A stretch of DNA of 62,797 nucleotides, counting the filler, from Octopus bimaculoides (lineage: Eukaryota): NCBI RefSeq assembly GCF_001194135.2. It is 4 parts of 4 records of this genome, joined end to end, with 100 filler letters (N's around TTAATTAATTAA, not from the genome) between each part and the next. Parts side by side here need not be neighbours in the genome. Positions count along the whole stretch, not along the records: positions 1 to 24,451 come from NC_068982.1; positions 24,552 to 52,072 come from NC_068986.1; 2 more parts are not named here. One strand, given 5' to 3'. Shown piece by piece: positions 12,451-25,038 of the stretch. Below the pieces are notes generated by a model. It saw only the letters and a list, made by a program, of their open reading frames with translations, had not been told where the DNA came from and did not search any database. A program made the position numbers and the translations under genes. The stretch's first letter is position 1, and each line of letters begins with the position of its first letter.

Positions 12451-13117
12451 GCTGTCTTTGACTAAGAATAAATAAAATCCTAGTAAGAATTAGTCAAGGA
12501 CTTCTTCTGTAGAGAAAAAAACCCCGACTATTTAAGTGGGGTAACATATTTAACGAGGGGCACCCAAAATATTTTTATTTAACTATAATTTCTTCTGTAG
12601 TGAAGAGAAAAAAAAAATCAACATTAGTTTGTGATTTTTTCCTTCAGGAAATGCGGATAGCACTGAAATTTGTCTTTACCCATTACGTGGGGTGGTCCTG
12701 TAACTATGCAAAACCTCATGGGTCAAATTTCAAAATACTACTTTAAGTGCTATTATCTAGAGTTCACTGTACTACAAGCATTCGGAGGCGGTTTCCAGGT
12801 TTCTTTCTCTTCATCCTACCACCAATTTTGGAGGCTTTTCTTTCTCTGGTTGAGCCATAATAAATGTATAGTGAGTTGAAAGACTTCGACTAGGATTATC
12901 CCTGAAATTAGTAAGCAGTAGCTCCTTTTGGGACTGCTGGAAATTTGAAAGCAACCAGCAAAGGAGATAACTCTAATGTCAGCTAACTGAATTTTTTTTT
13001 AAATGAAGATGACGGAGATGAAAGTAGGTCTTGAGATTAAAGCCAAATGGCGAATGAAACATATATTTTGGACTTATTAGTCCTCCTTAATGAAGTATCA
13101 ATATATTCTAGTAATTA

Positions 13118-13300
13118 AGGCGGCGAGTTGGCAGGATCGTTAGCACGCCTTTACGTTCTGCGTTAAAATTTCGCTGAGGTCGACTTCGCTTTCATTGTTT
13201 CGGGATCGATAAAATAAGTACCCGTTGAGAATTGGGATCGTCGTAATCGAGTTACTTACCTCTCTAGAAATGCAGGCCTTGTGCCAACATTTGATGCCAC
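13118..13300 (+). mobile_element. SINE family A with a 16-bp target-site duplication
   Basis: TATATTCTAGTAATTA occurs exactly at 13102-13117 and 13301-13316, bracketing the element. Confidence 0.9.
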
Positions 13301-13964
13301 TATATTCTAGTAATTATTATATACTGACATTCAGAGTAATCTTTACATTATACTCATGACGATTCGGTCGTGCTCAGATGCCTATTGTCTTCTATTTTGT
13401 TCTCAGAATTTTGAACAGAATCTTTTATTTTAACCATACGTAACACTATACACATAACTTAACAAACAATATGGAGCCAAAGGAGACTACAAGCATGAGA
13501 AATATTCTTTTATGTCAATATAAGCAAATGATATTAGATATAACACATTGCAAACATGCAATAATAATCAATATCACATTATATCATGCGACAAATATAT
13601 CATTATAAACAATATTACAGCAATCTCAGGCTACCTCATTTATAAACATTTCCTAACAAAATATACCACAAATATCATTATATAAACATGTAATAACAAA
13701 CAAAATCACAGTACACTACATTATAAACATAAATATACTTTTCCATTAAATGTTATCTAGAGAGTTGTTGCGGTTGATTAGCTCCAAGTCGGCCTTGGTT
13801 ACGCATAACTATCCGGGAACTATGTCATCCCGATTGGGCTACAAGTAGCGGATTGTGAGAAACAGTACAATATTGGGCATCAAATTTCTGAAATGTAACA
13901 TTTATCTTCCTCTGACACCAGAGTGCGCTGCCAGCTTGCTATAGTCTTGTATTGTTTGTTGTTT

Positions 13965-14145
13965 ATGTCACACAATATAATATTGTTTGTTATATTATAT
14001 TTATAGAGTCACATAGCGTCATATTGTGTAATTATAGAGTCACATTGCGTAATATCGTCTATTATGATATATGTATAATGTCGCACAGCGTGATATTGTT
14101 TGTTATGAATTATTTTCGAGTCGCAAAATGCCGTATTATTCGTTA
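13965..14145 (+). repeat. Degenerate minisatellite, ~31-41 bp unit GTCRCA...TRATATYGT, 5 copies
   Basis: Units start at 13967, 14008, 14039, 14080 and 14120. Confidence 0.7.
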
Positions 14146-14469
14146 ACTATTTATATTGTTGTACAATGTAATATAATATATTTTAAAATTCATTTAGTGC
14201 AATATTGTTTCTAACTTGATGCTGTGTAATATTATTTATCAATCAAGAACAATGAATAATAGAACTGGCAGAATGATGTATAAACGTGGTGCAGTATTTG
14301 TGTCCGTTTTACATTCTGGATTCAAATCTTAGTAGAGTTAACTTTGCCTTTCCTCTTCATTATCGATAAAATATGTCCTTCTGCAGTATTGAAATTGATT
14401 TAATCAGCTGTTATATGTGTCTTTTTGCCTATAATAAAAACTGATGATTTTGTGTACTCCATTGGACTA

Positions 14470-14665
14470 CGCTGCCTTATGATCAAAAGTGTTTCAATGT
14501 TTCAGCAACGACTATCCCGCATATAATTTCTTTAGGCGTAGTGTGTTTGGAACCATATCATTCAATGTTATTCAATGTACCATTCTTTTTCTTTGAGAGA
14601 AAGTGAGGTGCAATTTGAGAGAGATATAACCATTATTTCTTGCAGACACCTCTGTTGGTTCCTCT
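14470..14665 (+). mobile_element. Old dispersed repeat family D (motif GAGAGAT...TATTTCTAGCA)
   Basis: Related diverged copies at ~15520-15665 (+), 18655-18815 (+), 40130-40195 (-), 46850-47090 (-), 47790-47960 (-) and 49340-49570 (+). Confidence 0.65.
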
Positions 14666-15949
14666 GTAATATATGTGTGTGTAATATTATATTTTTATAT
14701 GATGTGGAGATGTCATAAGTGTTAGACGAGATTTATGAATTAAATGACTGGTTGGAAAGCTGAGTAGTGCTAGCATAAATATTGAATTCCTCGTTAAAGA
14801 TTTTATCAGATCTGGAAGTTTGATATAAAAATAGAGATACATTCCGGAGAGTACTTGACATAATTTAAATTTTAAATATAAATTAGGAAAGTGTGCAGTT
14901 TATTTAGAATATATAATGAAATAATAATTATTTTCAACTAATTTTATCTGTTAATTGTGTTGTTTTGACAGTTATCGGAAGTCTTGCGGAAATTACCAAA
15001 CTCCAGTGATTAACATGCAAAAAATTAATGATTTAACTTAGTTTCGTTGTTCTTTGATTTATTCCAATTCAGTTATTCAATTCTTTTTACTTTTTTCTTT
15101 ACTTTTTCATTTATAATTGTCTGCTTATCTGATAGAAATGAATTTGAAAATAATTAATTCCAGAAAGCAAAATACTAAGACGATGGAAAAGATATTTTAG
15201 AATGTAATTTTCTGGCGCTTTCAAAACTGCTTTACAGCGTTCAAATACTGCCGGAAACAGCTTCACTGTTTATTCTTTCGATGTCAATAAAATGCCTAAT
15301 AGTTGTTTCTGCTTTTGCCGTTGTTGTTCAGCTCCAGGTCAGTTCTTATTGAGTAGCACTGAAAAAAAAAACAACATTCGAATCATAAGCGTTCTCTATT
15401 TTTAATAACTATAACTACATAATGGAATGTATCGTTCTTTGTTTTTAGACGGCAGAACTATTTCTAGAAGGTTAAGTAGCCACAAAAAGGCTTCCACTAG
15501 TGTGTTGTTTACTAATAAATCAGCCCTAATCAAGCCAACATATGATCAAAAATATTCTAGTCCTTTTTTTTCAGATTACTTCATACAATCTAACATTTAG
15601 TTTTTAAAACGGTCAGATATGATTTGATTACTATTTCTACCAGGTCAAGCGATCATGTGCAGGTTCCTTCAAAAGTACCAATTATAGATCAACTCAATCA
15701 ACTACGCGCCTCCTCTTAAAACTATTTGTCGTTGTGTCAAAATTAGAAATCAATATAAACACACCCAGTAGCATGGCTTTCCTTGACTTACTTACGTTAT
15801 TCATTTGGTTACACCTGCTTCCATTAGTTTCATATTTTAAGTCCAGAAATATACATGAAGCATCGGGAGAAGTTTTGCTTATAGAAACAGAGTAGGCACA
15901 AGTGATGCCCGTACTTGGTGATAAACTGTGGTATCGGTGAAGTGCACTT

Positions 15950-16860
15950 TATGTTAATTCACCAGCTAGATTGTTTTGTTGGCGCCTGTTAAGCAGCATT
16001 GGTAGATACCAAATCCAAAAGTACTTCACATAGATATCATTTGACTTCATGCTGTACGATATCATTGAACTTCAATGTAAACGATATCAATATTATTATT
16101 AACGCACTTAGCATATAAAATTGCTTTGACAGAGCTGCATAACAATTTAAGGTGTGACTACCCATTAATCAGCGACAATAAGATCTCTTCGCGAGCTGCT
16201 TCCATCTTCAAAGTGAAGCATGCGCTAAAGAAAGTACTGCCCTGCCATTGACCACTTGAGTTTACAGAAGGAAGTATCGAGAGTATCTTTCGATACATTT
16301 TCAATCTTTCTTGTAGAGTGACAATGGTTTGATGAATCCATATGGATTACAAATGAGTTGAGTCATAATGGTTCAAAGATCTCATCATATTTATCAGACA
16401 CAGCTCAGCTAAAACGAGCATGTGACCATCAACTGGTCTCATCTTCTCTTTGCACCAAAAGGTGAATGTCAGTAAGGCAGACTTTTTTTGCCATTCGATA
16501 GTAGTCATCTAGATACTAAGCTCATCAAAGATGCTTCTGGATTTTTTTAGGATACAGGAAAAAGTATTTTACTTTCCTTGAATCGCTCGAGCAAAGAGGT
16601 TATGTGGATTCATTGATCCACATAACCTCTTTGATAACGAAAAAGCTCATCGGAGATTTCTATCCATTTTGAGTTACAAATGAATGTAATGAAGAAGTTT
16701 TGGTGGCCAAAATTTCAGACATAAGCTACGATACACTGAGTTTGTCTGTGTTGAAACGAGGTCCTCGTACAAATATTAATAACGGTATAACTGGTTGACC
16801 AATATTTCTTGAATCACTGATGACATCTCGGAATTGTTGTAGTCCTTTACTCATAATTTA
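15950..16860 (-). pseudogene. Helitron Rep (HUH) remnant
   Basis: Minus-strand frames give IGQPVI...RGPR, AYV*NFGHQNFFITFICNSK (cf. xxGxPDLFITFTCNPKW), HNLFARA (cf. DLIARVF), TIEWQKK (cf. IEWQKRGLPHxH) and D*WVV. The element is heavily decayed. Confidence 0.8.
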
Positions 16861-17414
16861 CTTTGATAAAGCAAGTGGGTAGGGGCATACATATTTTTAG
16901 GAAACGAAACGAGAGAAAGAGAGAGATAAAGTGAAGGGGAGAGAAAGAGAGAGAAAGCAATAAAGTTGGATTTGTCCAATTGGCCATCATTTATTTGCTA
17001 AGGTTAAAGAAATTCGTCAAACTTTAAAGTGAAGCAGTATTGAAATCATTTTGTTTTTAGCATTTTCTTTTTAGTTTCGGTCAAATTAGCAGCTAAGTCT
17101 ATTCATATTTGTATTTTCATTGTTCTTAATTATAACGAGTAAAATTTCAAACTTTTCTTTGTTAGTATTTACACATTCTATTTCAATAGTTTTCTTAGTA
17201 TTTGTGTCCTATTTATTTGTTTATTGGAATTCAAGAAATATGAACGCTGCATTTTGACTCTGCCAGAGTTCGATATGTCAAACATGTGTTAAGTGCGGCC
17301 GTAGCAGTAGTGAATATAACAGTAACTCAATTAATCTCGTTATTTACTTTTAACTTACAATATTCGTGACATAACTCAGTAAACAACGGCGGCGTCAATA
17401 ACAAAATCATCAAT

Positions 17415-17446
<32 letters not shown>

Positions 17447-19499
17447 GAACATAGTCGTCGTATGAGTAACACGATGTCAGGAAATATATGCATTAATAGC
17501 AACAACGATTTTGATGCCTGTCATTTTGATGCCTGACTCTGTCGTGGACAATGACACGGCAGTTTGATGTTTAGTGTAATCTCATTGAATCATGTCACAT
17601 GGCACGCAGCAATAAGCTTCTCGTATTTGAACTTCAAGATAATAAACAAAAAGAAAGTAAGAAAGAATGAAGTAAAGAAGGAAATATATACTTAGAAAAA
17701 GTTTGGCATTGTTAGCCGGGATTCAAATTGTGTCATAATTAATGGTTTCTTATGATTTGATCGAAAGTCCTATAATTCTAAGAGATAGAAATTAATTACT
17801 GTGACCTTCATGTCTATCTCCCCCCAAAATGCAAGAATGCCTACCTTATTTGAAAATCGAAACCTCGGAAAGACAATACGTACAACCTTTACATGGTTAT
17901 GTATAACTGATGAAGAAACCACGAATCTTCAGTAATCCTCTGACTAGAGACTTGGTTCGCAAGGTGGCAAATGATTAAATTTTGGTTCCGAGGACCAAAT
18001 GTTAGGTAGACTCAGTACAGTCTAATGGAAAGGTCTTCGTATGCTTTCCCGTTTGGGGTGATCCGAAACTAAGGTAGAAGATAAATATTCAAAGTGCTAC
18101 GAGGTTAGATTAATCCTGGAATCTCGTAATTTCGAAACGAATTTCCTCATCATGGGGCTATGTCGGATCGGCTAAGGGTATATATTAAATACTTTATAAT
18201 TAAAATTATGTATCCTTCTGTTTTCTTTTTCCTAGGTATGAAATAACGGATAATGAAAAGGAAAAAAGTTAAAGAAAACACCATGTGGTCGTGAAAGAGA
18301 TAATTGATGAAGTGGTTGTTTAAATCCATAGATCGAGTAAATCCATGGTATGTAGGTAGGCGAAAGAATGCAAGTTCTCCGAAAGAAATTTGGTAAAGAG
18401 GAACAAAACTACTTTAGGGCCCTGAGATGGGTTTCCTCTTAGAGTTCAAGAAAGCTGGGAAATAATTTTAGGAAGGAGTCCTTTAAATAGTCACGGGTTT
18501 CACCTTGGCTCTACTGGTCTTGGATTGGTGTATCGACTGAATCCGACTCTTATAGTACCTGAATGAATGACGTGGTGCAGTCCAAGATTTCATTGCTGGT
18601 TTCGTAGTGTATTGTGGTGTATTAATTTAGTTTTGTGCGGTTGATGAATTCATGTTGTTCAAAAACTGTTCCAGTCATGGTCATTTTGTCTTTATTTTTG
18701 ACATGATGCGTTTTAATATTATTAGGCGTGTTTTTTCTTTATTTTAAGATGACAACGTGCGATGTGAGAGAGATCTGGATGTTATTTCTAGCAAGTTGAA
18801 TAGCTATTTGGAGGTTTCTTGAATTGCTTGAAGACAATTTTTGATTACAGTAGTTTCCAGGTTTGCTTCCAGAGATGAGTTTACAGCGTCGCTATTCAAT
18901 TAAAGTAGTGATACTAGGCACAGAAACATTACTATAGTAAAACATAATGTGTATATTTGTTTGTTATTTCGTTACTTTCAGTCAATTTTGTAGTCCGGCT
19001 AGAGCACCACCTTCAAGAGAATGGTATTTGAACACAGAACGTAAGGGACGTGCCATATACCATAAAGTAGTTGCTCCGACCTTCTCTCGATCATCTTATT
19101 CACAAGCACGCATTATATGTCCATAAATTTACCTTTAAAAAGGAGGTTGCTAAATACTCTGTGAAATATATTAGTTATAGGTTAAGAGTTGACATGTTTT
19201 CCTTTATAAATAGTTGTGTATGTAAAAAGAAAGAGATGTGGTACTTTACATTCCTCAGAGACATTTGACAAGAGAGAAAGGATAGAGAATGGTGTTTATT
19301 GCGGAATACTGAAAAACATTCATAATGGGAGGAGTTGCGTATCGCAAATAAAGGAGAGAGAAATAGTGATTATTTCAAAGTATGCTGCTTCTATTGGAAA
19401 CCTTGTAAATCACATCAGGTGTGTGTAATTAACAAGGTGTGTGTACAGAAAAGTTATATGCATGTAAACGAAAATACAAAACACTAATAGGATATCTAT

Positions 19500-21050
19500 G
19501 ATTTTTCTCAGCTTTTTATTGTCATTTTTACACATTCTGACATGCTTTAGTGACCGTCTATAATTTCCTAACGGTAAAACTTTATCTCAAGACTAACAGA
19601 TTATACGCCAGGCGTGTTATATGAATAGAATAACTTTCAGAAGTGCAATTGTCAAATTACTTCTCTCATATCTCTTATACCATTGACATTTTATTGACGG
19701 AAATGTTTGTCTCCACGCTCGCATCATGAGAAACTGGATATAATTTTCTGAAAGTTACTCACTCAGTATTTCCTAATGAGTATGCTAAAATCATTTCCTA
19801 GCTTCCTTGAACTTTAAGAGGAACCTCTTCCTAAGACTCGAAAGCAGGCTTGTTCCTTCTTTTTTTCTAAATTTCTCTCGGAAGCCTTGCTTTTGTACAC
19901 TTTTATCAATGAAGTGTTTGATACCTCGTTCAATAATGCCCTTACGGATTAGTATGTCACTGGTCATCCCATGAAAACATAAAGCATCTTTTGAAGATTT
20001 AGCATATTTCATCAAATATTCTCTGCAATCATTTTACCGGTTATTCACCTCGGCAGGAAATTTGTAATACAATTTCTTCATATCCATTACACACATGTGG
20101 CTCAGAAGACCTTTATTTTGAAAGAGCTGAAAGGATTGACCTTTAGCTTGTTCAAAATTATTAACACTTTAACAACAGAATTGTTTTCTCTTTTGAGTTT
20201 TCAAATGTTTGTGTGAAAAGCATACATGAACAATATAACTTTCTTAATTCATTTCCAAAAGATTTATTAATCACAGCAGGTGGATTCGTCTGTGACAGGA
20301 AAAGTGTCTCCAAGGCTGAAAGCTTCTTCAACATTCTTGAAGTTCCTAGAGACATTGAGAACCATCTTGTGTAGCAACGTGATAACAGCTTTCTGTATTT
20401 GATTTGAAAAAAAAAAATCACTCTATTCCTTCAAAAGTTCTATTCAAAAAGTGTAGATGAGAAAACACTATAGCATTGATAAACTTTAAAGGCAATATTT
20501 TTGAAATCAGTATCTTTTCTTCCTGCGTAATATTGTACAATGTTTTAACCAACTTTAGTTTATTTCATAAATTTCGAAAACATTCGCTTCTTTCTTGCGT
20601 TGAAGACTTGCCAGTAAAAGTGCATGGAAAAAAAAAGAGGACTATTTTGGCTATTCTCATCTTCAGTAGCACCGCAGTTAACATTATTTTCTTTTTAATG
20701 CGAAAGTTATTGCGTTGGTAATAGTACAGTTAGAGAATTAACAACCACTTTCGACTTTAAGACTTGAATAATGTGATAATATTTGAAACTATGGAGACAG
20801 CTTTTAATCACAATGAAGAGCTTGTATATCAATTTGGAACTGTAGAAAATATCAACTTAACTGCGCTAAATATATAAGACAATTCGGCTATACGAACAAT
20901 ATCCTCTATTTTGCAGTCAGATTTGATAAACTAGTCGCATAATTTAGTTGACGAACTTTCTAGTCGAAATCTCATATTGCGTTTGAGCAAGCTAATATAA
21001 TTGAAAGTCAAGAATATATTTTCTTGTCGCACGAAAGGTATGTTAGAAGA
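19500..21050 (-). pseudogene. Unclassified decayed coding-like segment, probably transposon-derived (weak DUF4806-like resemblance)
   Basis: Protein-like stretches broken by stops, e.g. KTLYNITQEEKILISKILPLKF...DTFPVTDESTC and YLMKYAKSSKDAL...IERGIKHFIDK. I recognise no diagnostic motif. Confidence 0.25.
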
Positions 21051-21155
21051 TTCACTTATGTTATATACATAAAACATATGTATACAAGTAGATTTCCATA
21101 TGTTACATATATATAACATATGTATATAAGGAGACTTACATGTTATACGCATACA

Positions 21156-21224
<69 letters not shown>

Positions 21225-21582
21225 ATACAAACACACACATTTTAATATTTCGCTTAGGCACAGCGATACTAACAACCTGGTGTCAGAACTGAATGTACAT
21301 AAGCTTCAGAATAGAGCGTTAGTTGAGTACATAGCATAATATGAAAATAAACAAATGACAGGGAAACAGAAATGACCGAATCAACTTCATTAGCTTACCA
21401 CTGTTTCAGTTATAAGCTGAGAACATGAGAATCACTAAAATGAAGAGTAAGTTTATTTGGCAAAGCATATANNNNNNNNNNNNNNNNNNNNNNNNNNNNN
21501 NNNNNNNNNNNNNNNNNNNNNNNNNNNNNNNNNNNNNNNNNNNNNNNNNNNNNNNNNNNNNNTATATATATACATACATACG

Positions 21583-21614
<32 letters not shown>

Positions 21615-21829
21615 TACATACATATATATGCATACGCATATATAATAACAAAAAGAGAGGAATTTCGATTAACCCCACGTAGTGAGTAGTTCTAATGCAA
21701 AGAAAAACTATATGTACACAAAAACCCAAATGCTTAAGTAGTGAGATGAAATATGTACAGTGATGAGTATGTGATCACGAATTAAAATATATATTGAGAT
21801 CAAAGTTGGTTATACGTTCATCTTTAGAG

Positions 21830-23710
21830 GTGTTCTGTATTTTTCGACGAACAAATTTTCTTTATTTAAACGTTCTTGTATAGAAATTGTTTCTTTGCAT
21901 TGGTAGATGGGGAAAACTGAAGTTTGGTTGGATATTACCTGCACTTCTGTCTATGTGTTCACTCAAAAGAATCTGTCTTTATTGCGAGAACCGGATCTGT
22001 TCCTTATGTAGGGTGGTCCTCCATCACAGTGTCACACTTGCCTGTCCTATATTGTTATGTCCACAACCTCTAATTGTGAACCTCTCTCCTTGTTTGAATA
22101 GGAATTCCAAGCCTTCCAGTACGTTGGGACATGTTCCATAGTTTCGGCGTCCGTTGGCTTCGTGGTTGTTGTGTAAAGCTTTGCCTTTGTTATAAGTCTT
22201 TTCAGCGATTTGGGTTGCTTTTTGAATTTGATGAATTTATGTGTTTTCACATGAATTTATGTGTTTTCACAATGTTTATTTTTGGATCTATAGTGAGCAT
22301 AGTAAGATTTTGTACAATAGTGTTGTATGCCTCATTGTTTCTAGGATTGTGAGTTGATATATACAGTAATGTTTTGAGATGACATGTGGTGCTACGTTTT
22401 GTTGCCCTTATTGTTTTAATGTCTAATTTCTGAGCACGCTTAAGTCCATCGTCAATAAGTGAGGGTGGATATTGTCTTTCAGTTTGTGTTGTTCCGAGGT
22501 CTTGAAAACGAAGGTCCCGAGCATTTCTATCAGACACTAGTGTGCAAATCCTTTTTGTTAAATTAAATGATATATTTCGAGTGGTATGAGCTAAACAAGA
22601 TATATTGCTTCGAGTTCATTGGTCTCTGATAAATGTCAGTTATAATTTGGTCATTGACTTTTTTTATCTTAATATCCAAGAAAAGAAACTGCTTTTTGCT
22701 ATATTCCATTGTAAATTGAATGTTAAGGTTTATATTATTTAGTATTGATTTAAATACCAAAAATTTGTCAATTGTCTCCTTCCAAATGATAAAGCAGTCA
22801 TCCAGGTATCTTTTCCAGTTCTATCTTATATAATTTGAAATGAATATCCATATTTTTGCAGTGACACTTCATATATGGGGAAATCAAAATATCCAATTAT
22901 TAGGCTCACAAGAACAGAGGTTGCTTTCGTTCCCATCGCAATTCCGCATTTTTGACGATAGNNNNNNNNNNNNNNNNNNNNNNNNNNNNNNNNNNNNNNN
23001 NNNNNNNNNNNNNNNNNNNNNNNNNNNNNNNNNNNNNNNNNNNNNNNNNNNNNNNNNNNNNNNNNNNNNNNNNNNNNNNNNNNNNNNNNNNNNNNNNNNN
23101 NNNNNNCATAAATTTTAAAGTTTCAATATTAAAAACCTGGTTTATGCGTTCCGGAAGTACTTCGGATTACTTTTCTAACCAGAATTTTATTGCTTCTATT
23201 CCATAATTATGTGGGGTGTTGGTATAAAGATTGATAACATCGAAGGAAACCAATAATATCTCTTCATTAGTTGTTTTTGGTAGGTGCTCAAGCATGTTTA
23301 GATCGTTTCTAATGAAACTTTTGATATATTTCAGCAATGGTTTCCGTAGGATGTCTCGAAAAAAGCTTAGGCGGTGAGTATCACAAGCTGGGCCAGCTAT
23401 AATGGGTATTAATTTTAGGTCTTCTGGCGCTTGGATATTTATGTATTTGCCTGATGATTGTTTGCAGGCTTCATTAATTATCTTGCTTTTGTGTATTTTA
23501 GGTAGGCCGTAAAACATACTAGGTTTACATTTAAAGTACGTGATATAAATTATTTCATTTTCTGTCTGGCCTTTTCTATGTAGAAAAACTAAGGATGCAA
23601 TATTTTTCATTGTTTTTTTGTTGTTGTTATAGTTTACTGCATTTTCGTAGAAGGTATCGTTTTCTAGCATGAATAATACTAGGTTTTTGTAGTATTCTGT
23701 GTCCATCAGG
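21830..23710 (-). mobile_element. Penelope-like element: RT plus partial GIY-YIG, pseudogenised and interrupted by a gap
   Basis: FYGLPKIHK, PIIAGP, VSFDVINLYTN, GIAMGT, WKRYLDDCF (catalytic YxDD), FTMEYS...FLDI, then NIGQASVTL and SEHID (GIY-YIG region). A 20-bp tandem duplication at 22231-22270 frameshifts it. Confidence 0.95.
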
Positions 23711-24451
23711 ACTACAGCACTTCCTTTGTCTACTTCTTTAATTGACAGTTTGTCATGATTAGCGAAAGTGAAACCGGTCGACAGAAAGAGAAAAAGAAAA
23801 AGAAAGGGAGAGTAAGAGAGAGAAAGAAATTTAGGGAGAGTTGATAATGTTCTATTAAAAGTAGTAGAGTTGATAGTGGCAGTGGGAGTAAGAATATGAC
23901 AGAGAGAGAAACAGAAAGAGTGGGTGTGTGAGACGAAGAGGGACTGAACACTGAACCAACTTACTGAATGAACATACTGAACACTGAATTCTTTTACACA
24001 CCCATTTAGGCCTTTTGTGATTGTAAGGGAGTGATAGTAATAGTATGAGCTGTAGTTGTGATAGAGGCGGAGGTGGCGGTGATGATGGTGGTGGTGATGG
24101 TAGCCGAGGCGGTCATGGATGATGGTGAGAGTAAGCGATGTGAAAGACAGTGGAGATGGTGGTGGAGGGGAAAGGCGGCGAAGTCAAAGGTATTGATGGT
24201 GGTGGCGTCAGAAGTCTGTATGGTTGTGCATGGCAGATGTGGTGGCTATGGTGGTGGTGGTACTGTTGTTTATCATGTAGCTTTGCAATAAGTTCCAAGT
24301 TGACAAATTATATCATTGTTTTGATGAAAATTGTTCATTGCTTGAAAAATATTGTTCAAGTTTAATAAAATTTAATATGTACTCAGTGCATGAAGTGTCA
24401 TTGTTGGGCCCAAGGTCTAATGAAGATCCCTCCACAGGATCTAGCTTTATA

Positions 24452-24551
24452 NNNNNNNNNNNNNNNNNNNNNNNNNNNNNNNNNNNNNNNNNNNNTTAAT
24501 TAATTAANNNNNNNNNNNNNNNNNNNNNNNNNNNNNNNNNNNNNNNNNNNN
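24452..24551. other. Artificial scaffold-joining spacer (44 N + TTAATTAATTAA + 44 N)
   Basis: The identical 100-bp construct occurs three times, and TTAATTAATTAA gives stops in all six frames. Confidence 0.95.
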
Positions 24552-24790
24552 GATTGATTATCTTCGTTTTTTTCTGATTACTAGATTCCAGCCTGTGTCC
24601 TGGTGTCTCTGGCCTGGGGCTAAAAAATGTTGTTTGTAATTTTGTTTGCATGAGCTGTCTGTTAGGTTATATGGGATTGGTTCGGGGGAATGGTAGTATT
24701 GTTGCCTTAGATTGTTATATGTGTGTGGGTGTCTATGGGTGTTTTGGTTAGTGATGTGTGTAACTCTAGTATGTGGGATGTTTCTTGATC
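24552..24790 (-). pseudogene. Possible Penelope-like 3' end remnant
   Basis: KATILPFPRTNPI*PNRQLMQTKLQTTF loosely resembles PLE GIY-YIG C-termini. Confidence 0.3.
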
Positions 24791-24819
24791 TGATATATAT
24801 AGATAGATACATACATACA

Positions 24820-24850
<31 letters not shown>

Positions 24851-24914
24851 GTACATACATACATATATACATATATGTGTATATTATATATGTGTGTGTG
24901 TATGTGTGCATATG

Positions 24915-24956
<42 letters not shown>

Positions 24957-25004
24957 AGAAAGATAGATAGATAGATATATACATATATACACACACACAC
25001 ATGT

Positions 25005-25038
<34 letters not shown>

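Noticed and set aside
18240-18640. Possible LINE remnant
   Set aside because: The sequence is complex, but its translations show no motif I can name.
24496-24507. TTAATTAATTAA as a homeobox site, piggyBac target or conserved motif
   Set aside because: It is always centred in 44 N + 44 N, so it is a synthetic linker.
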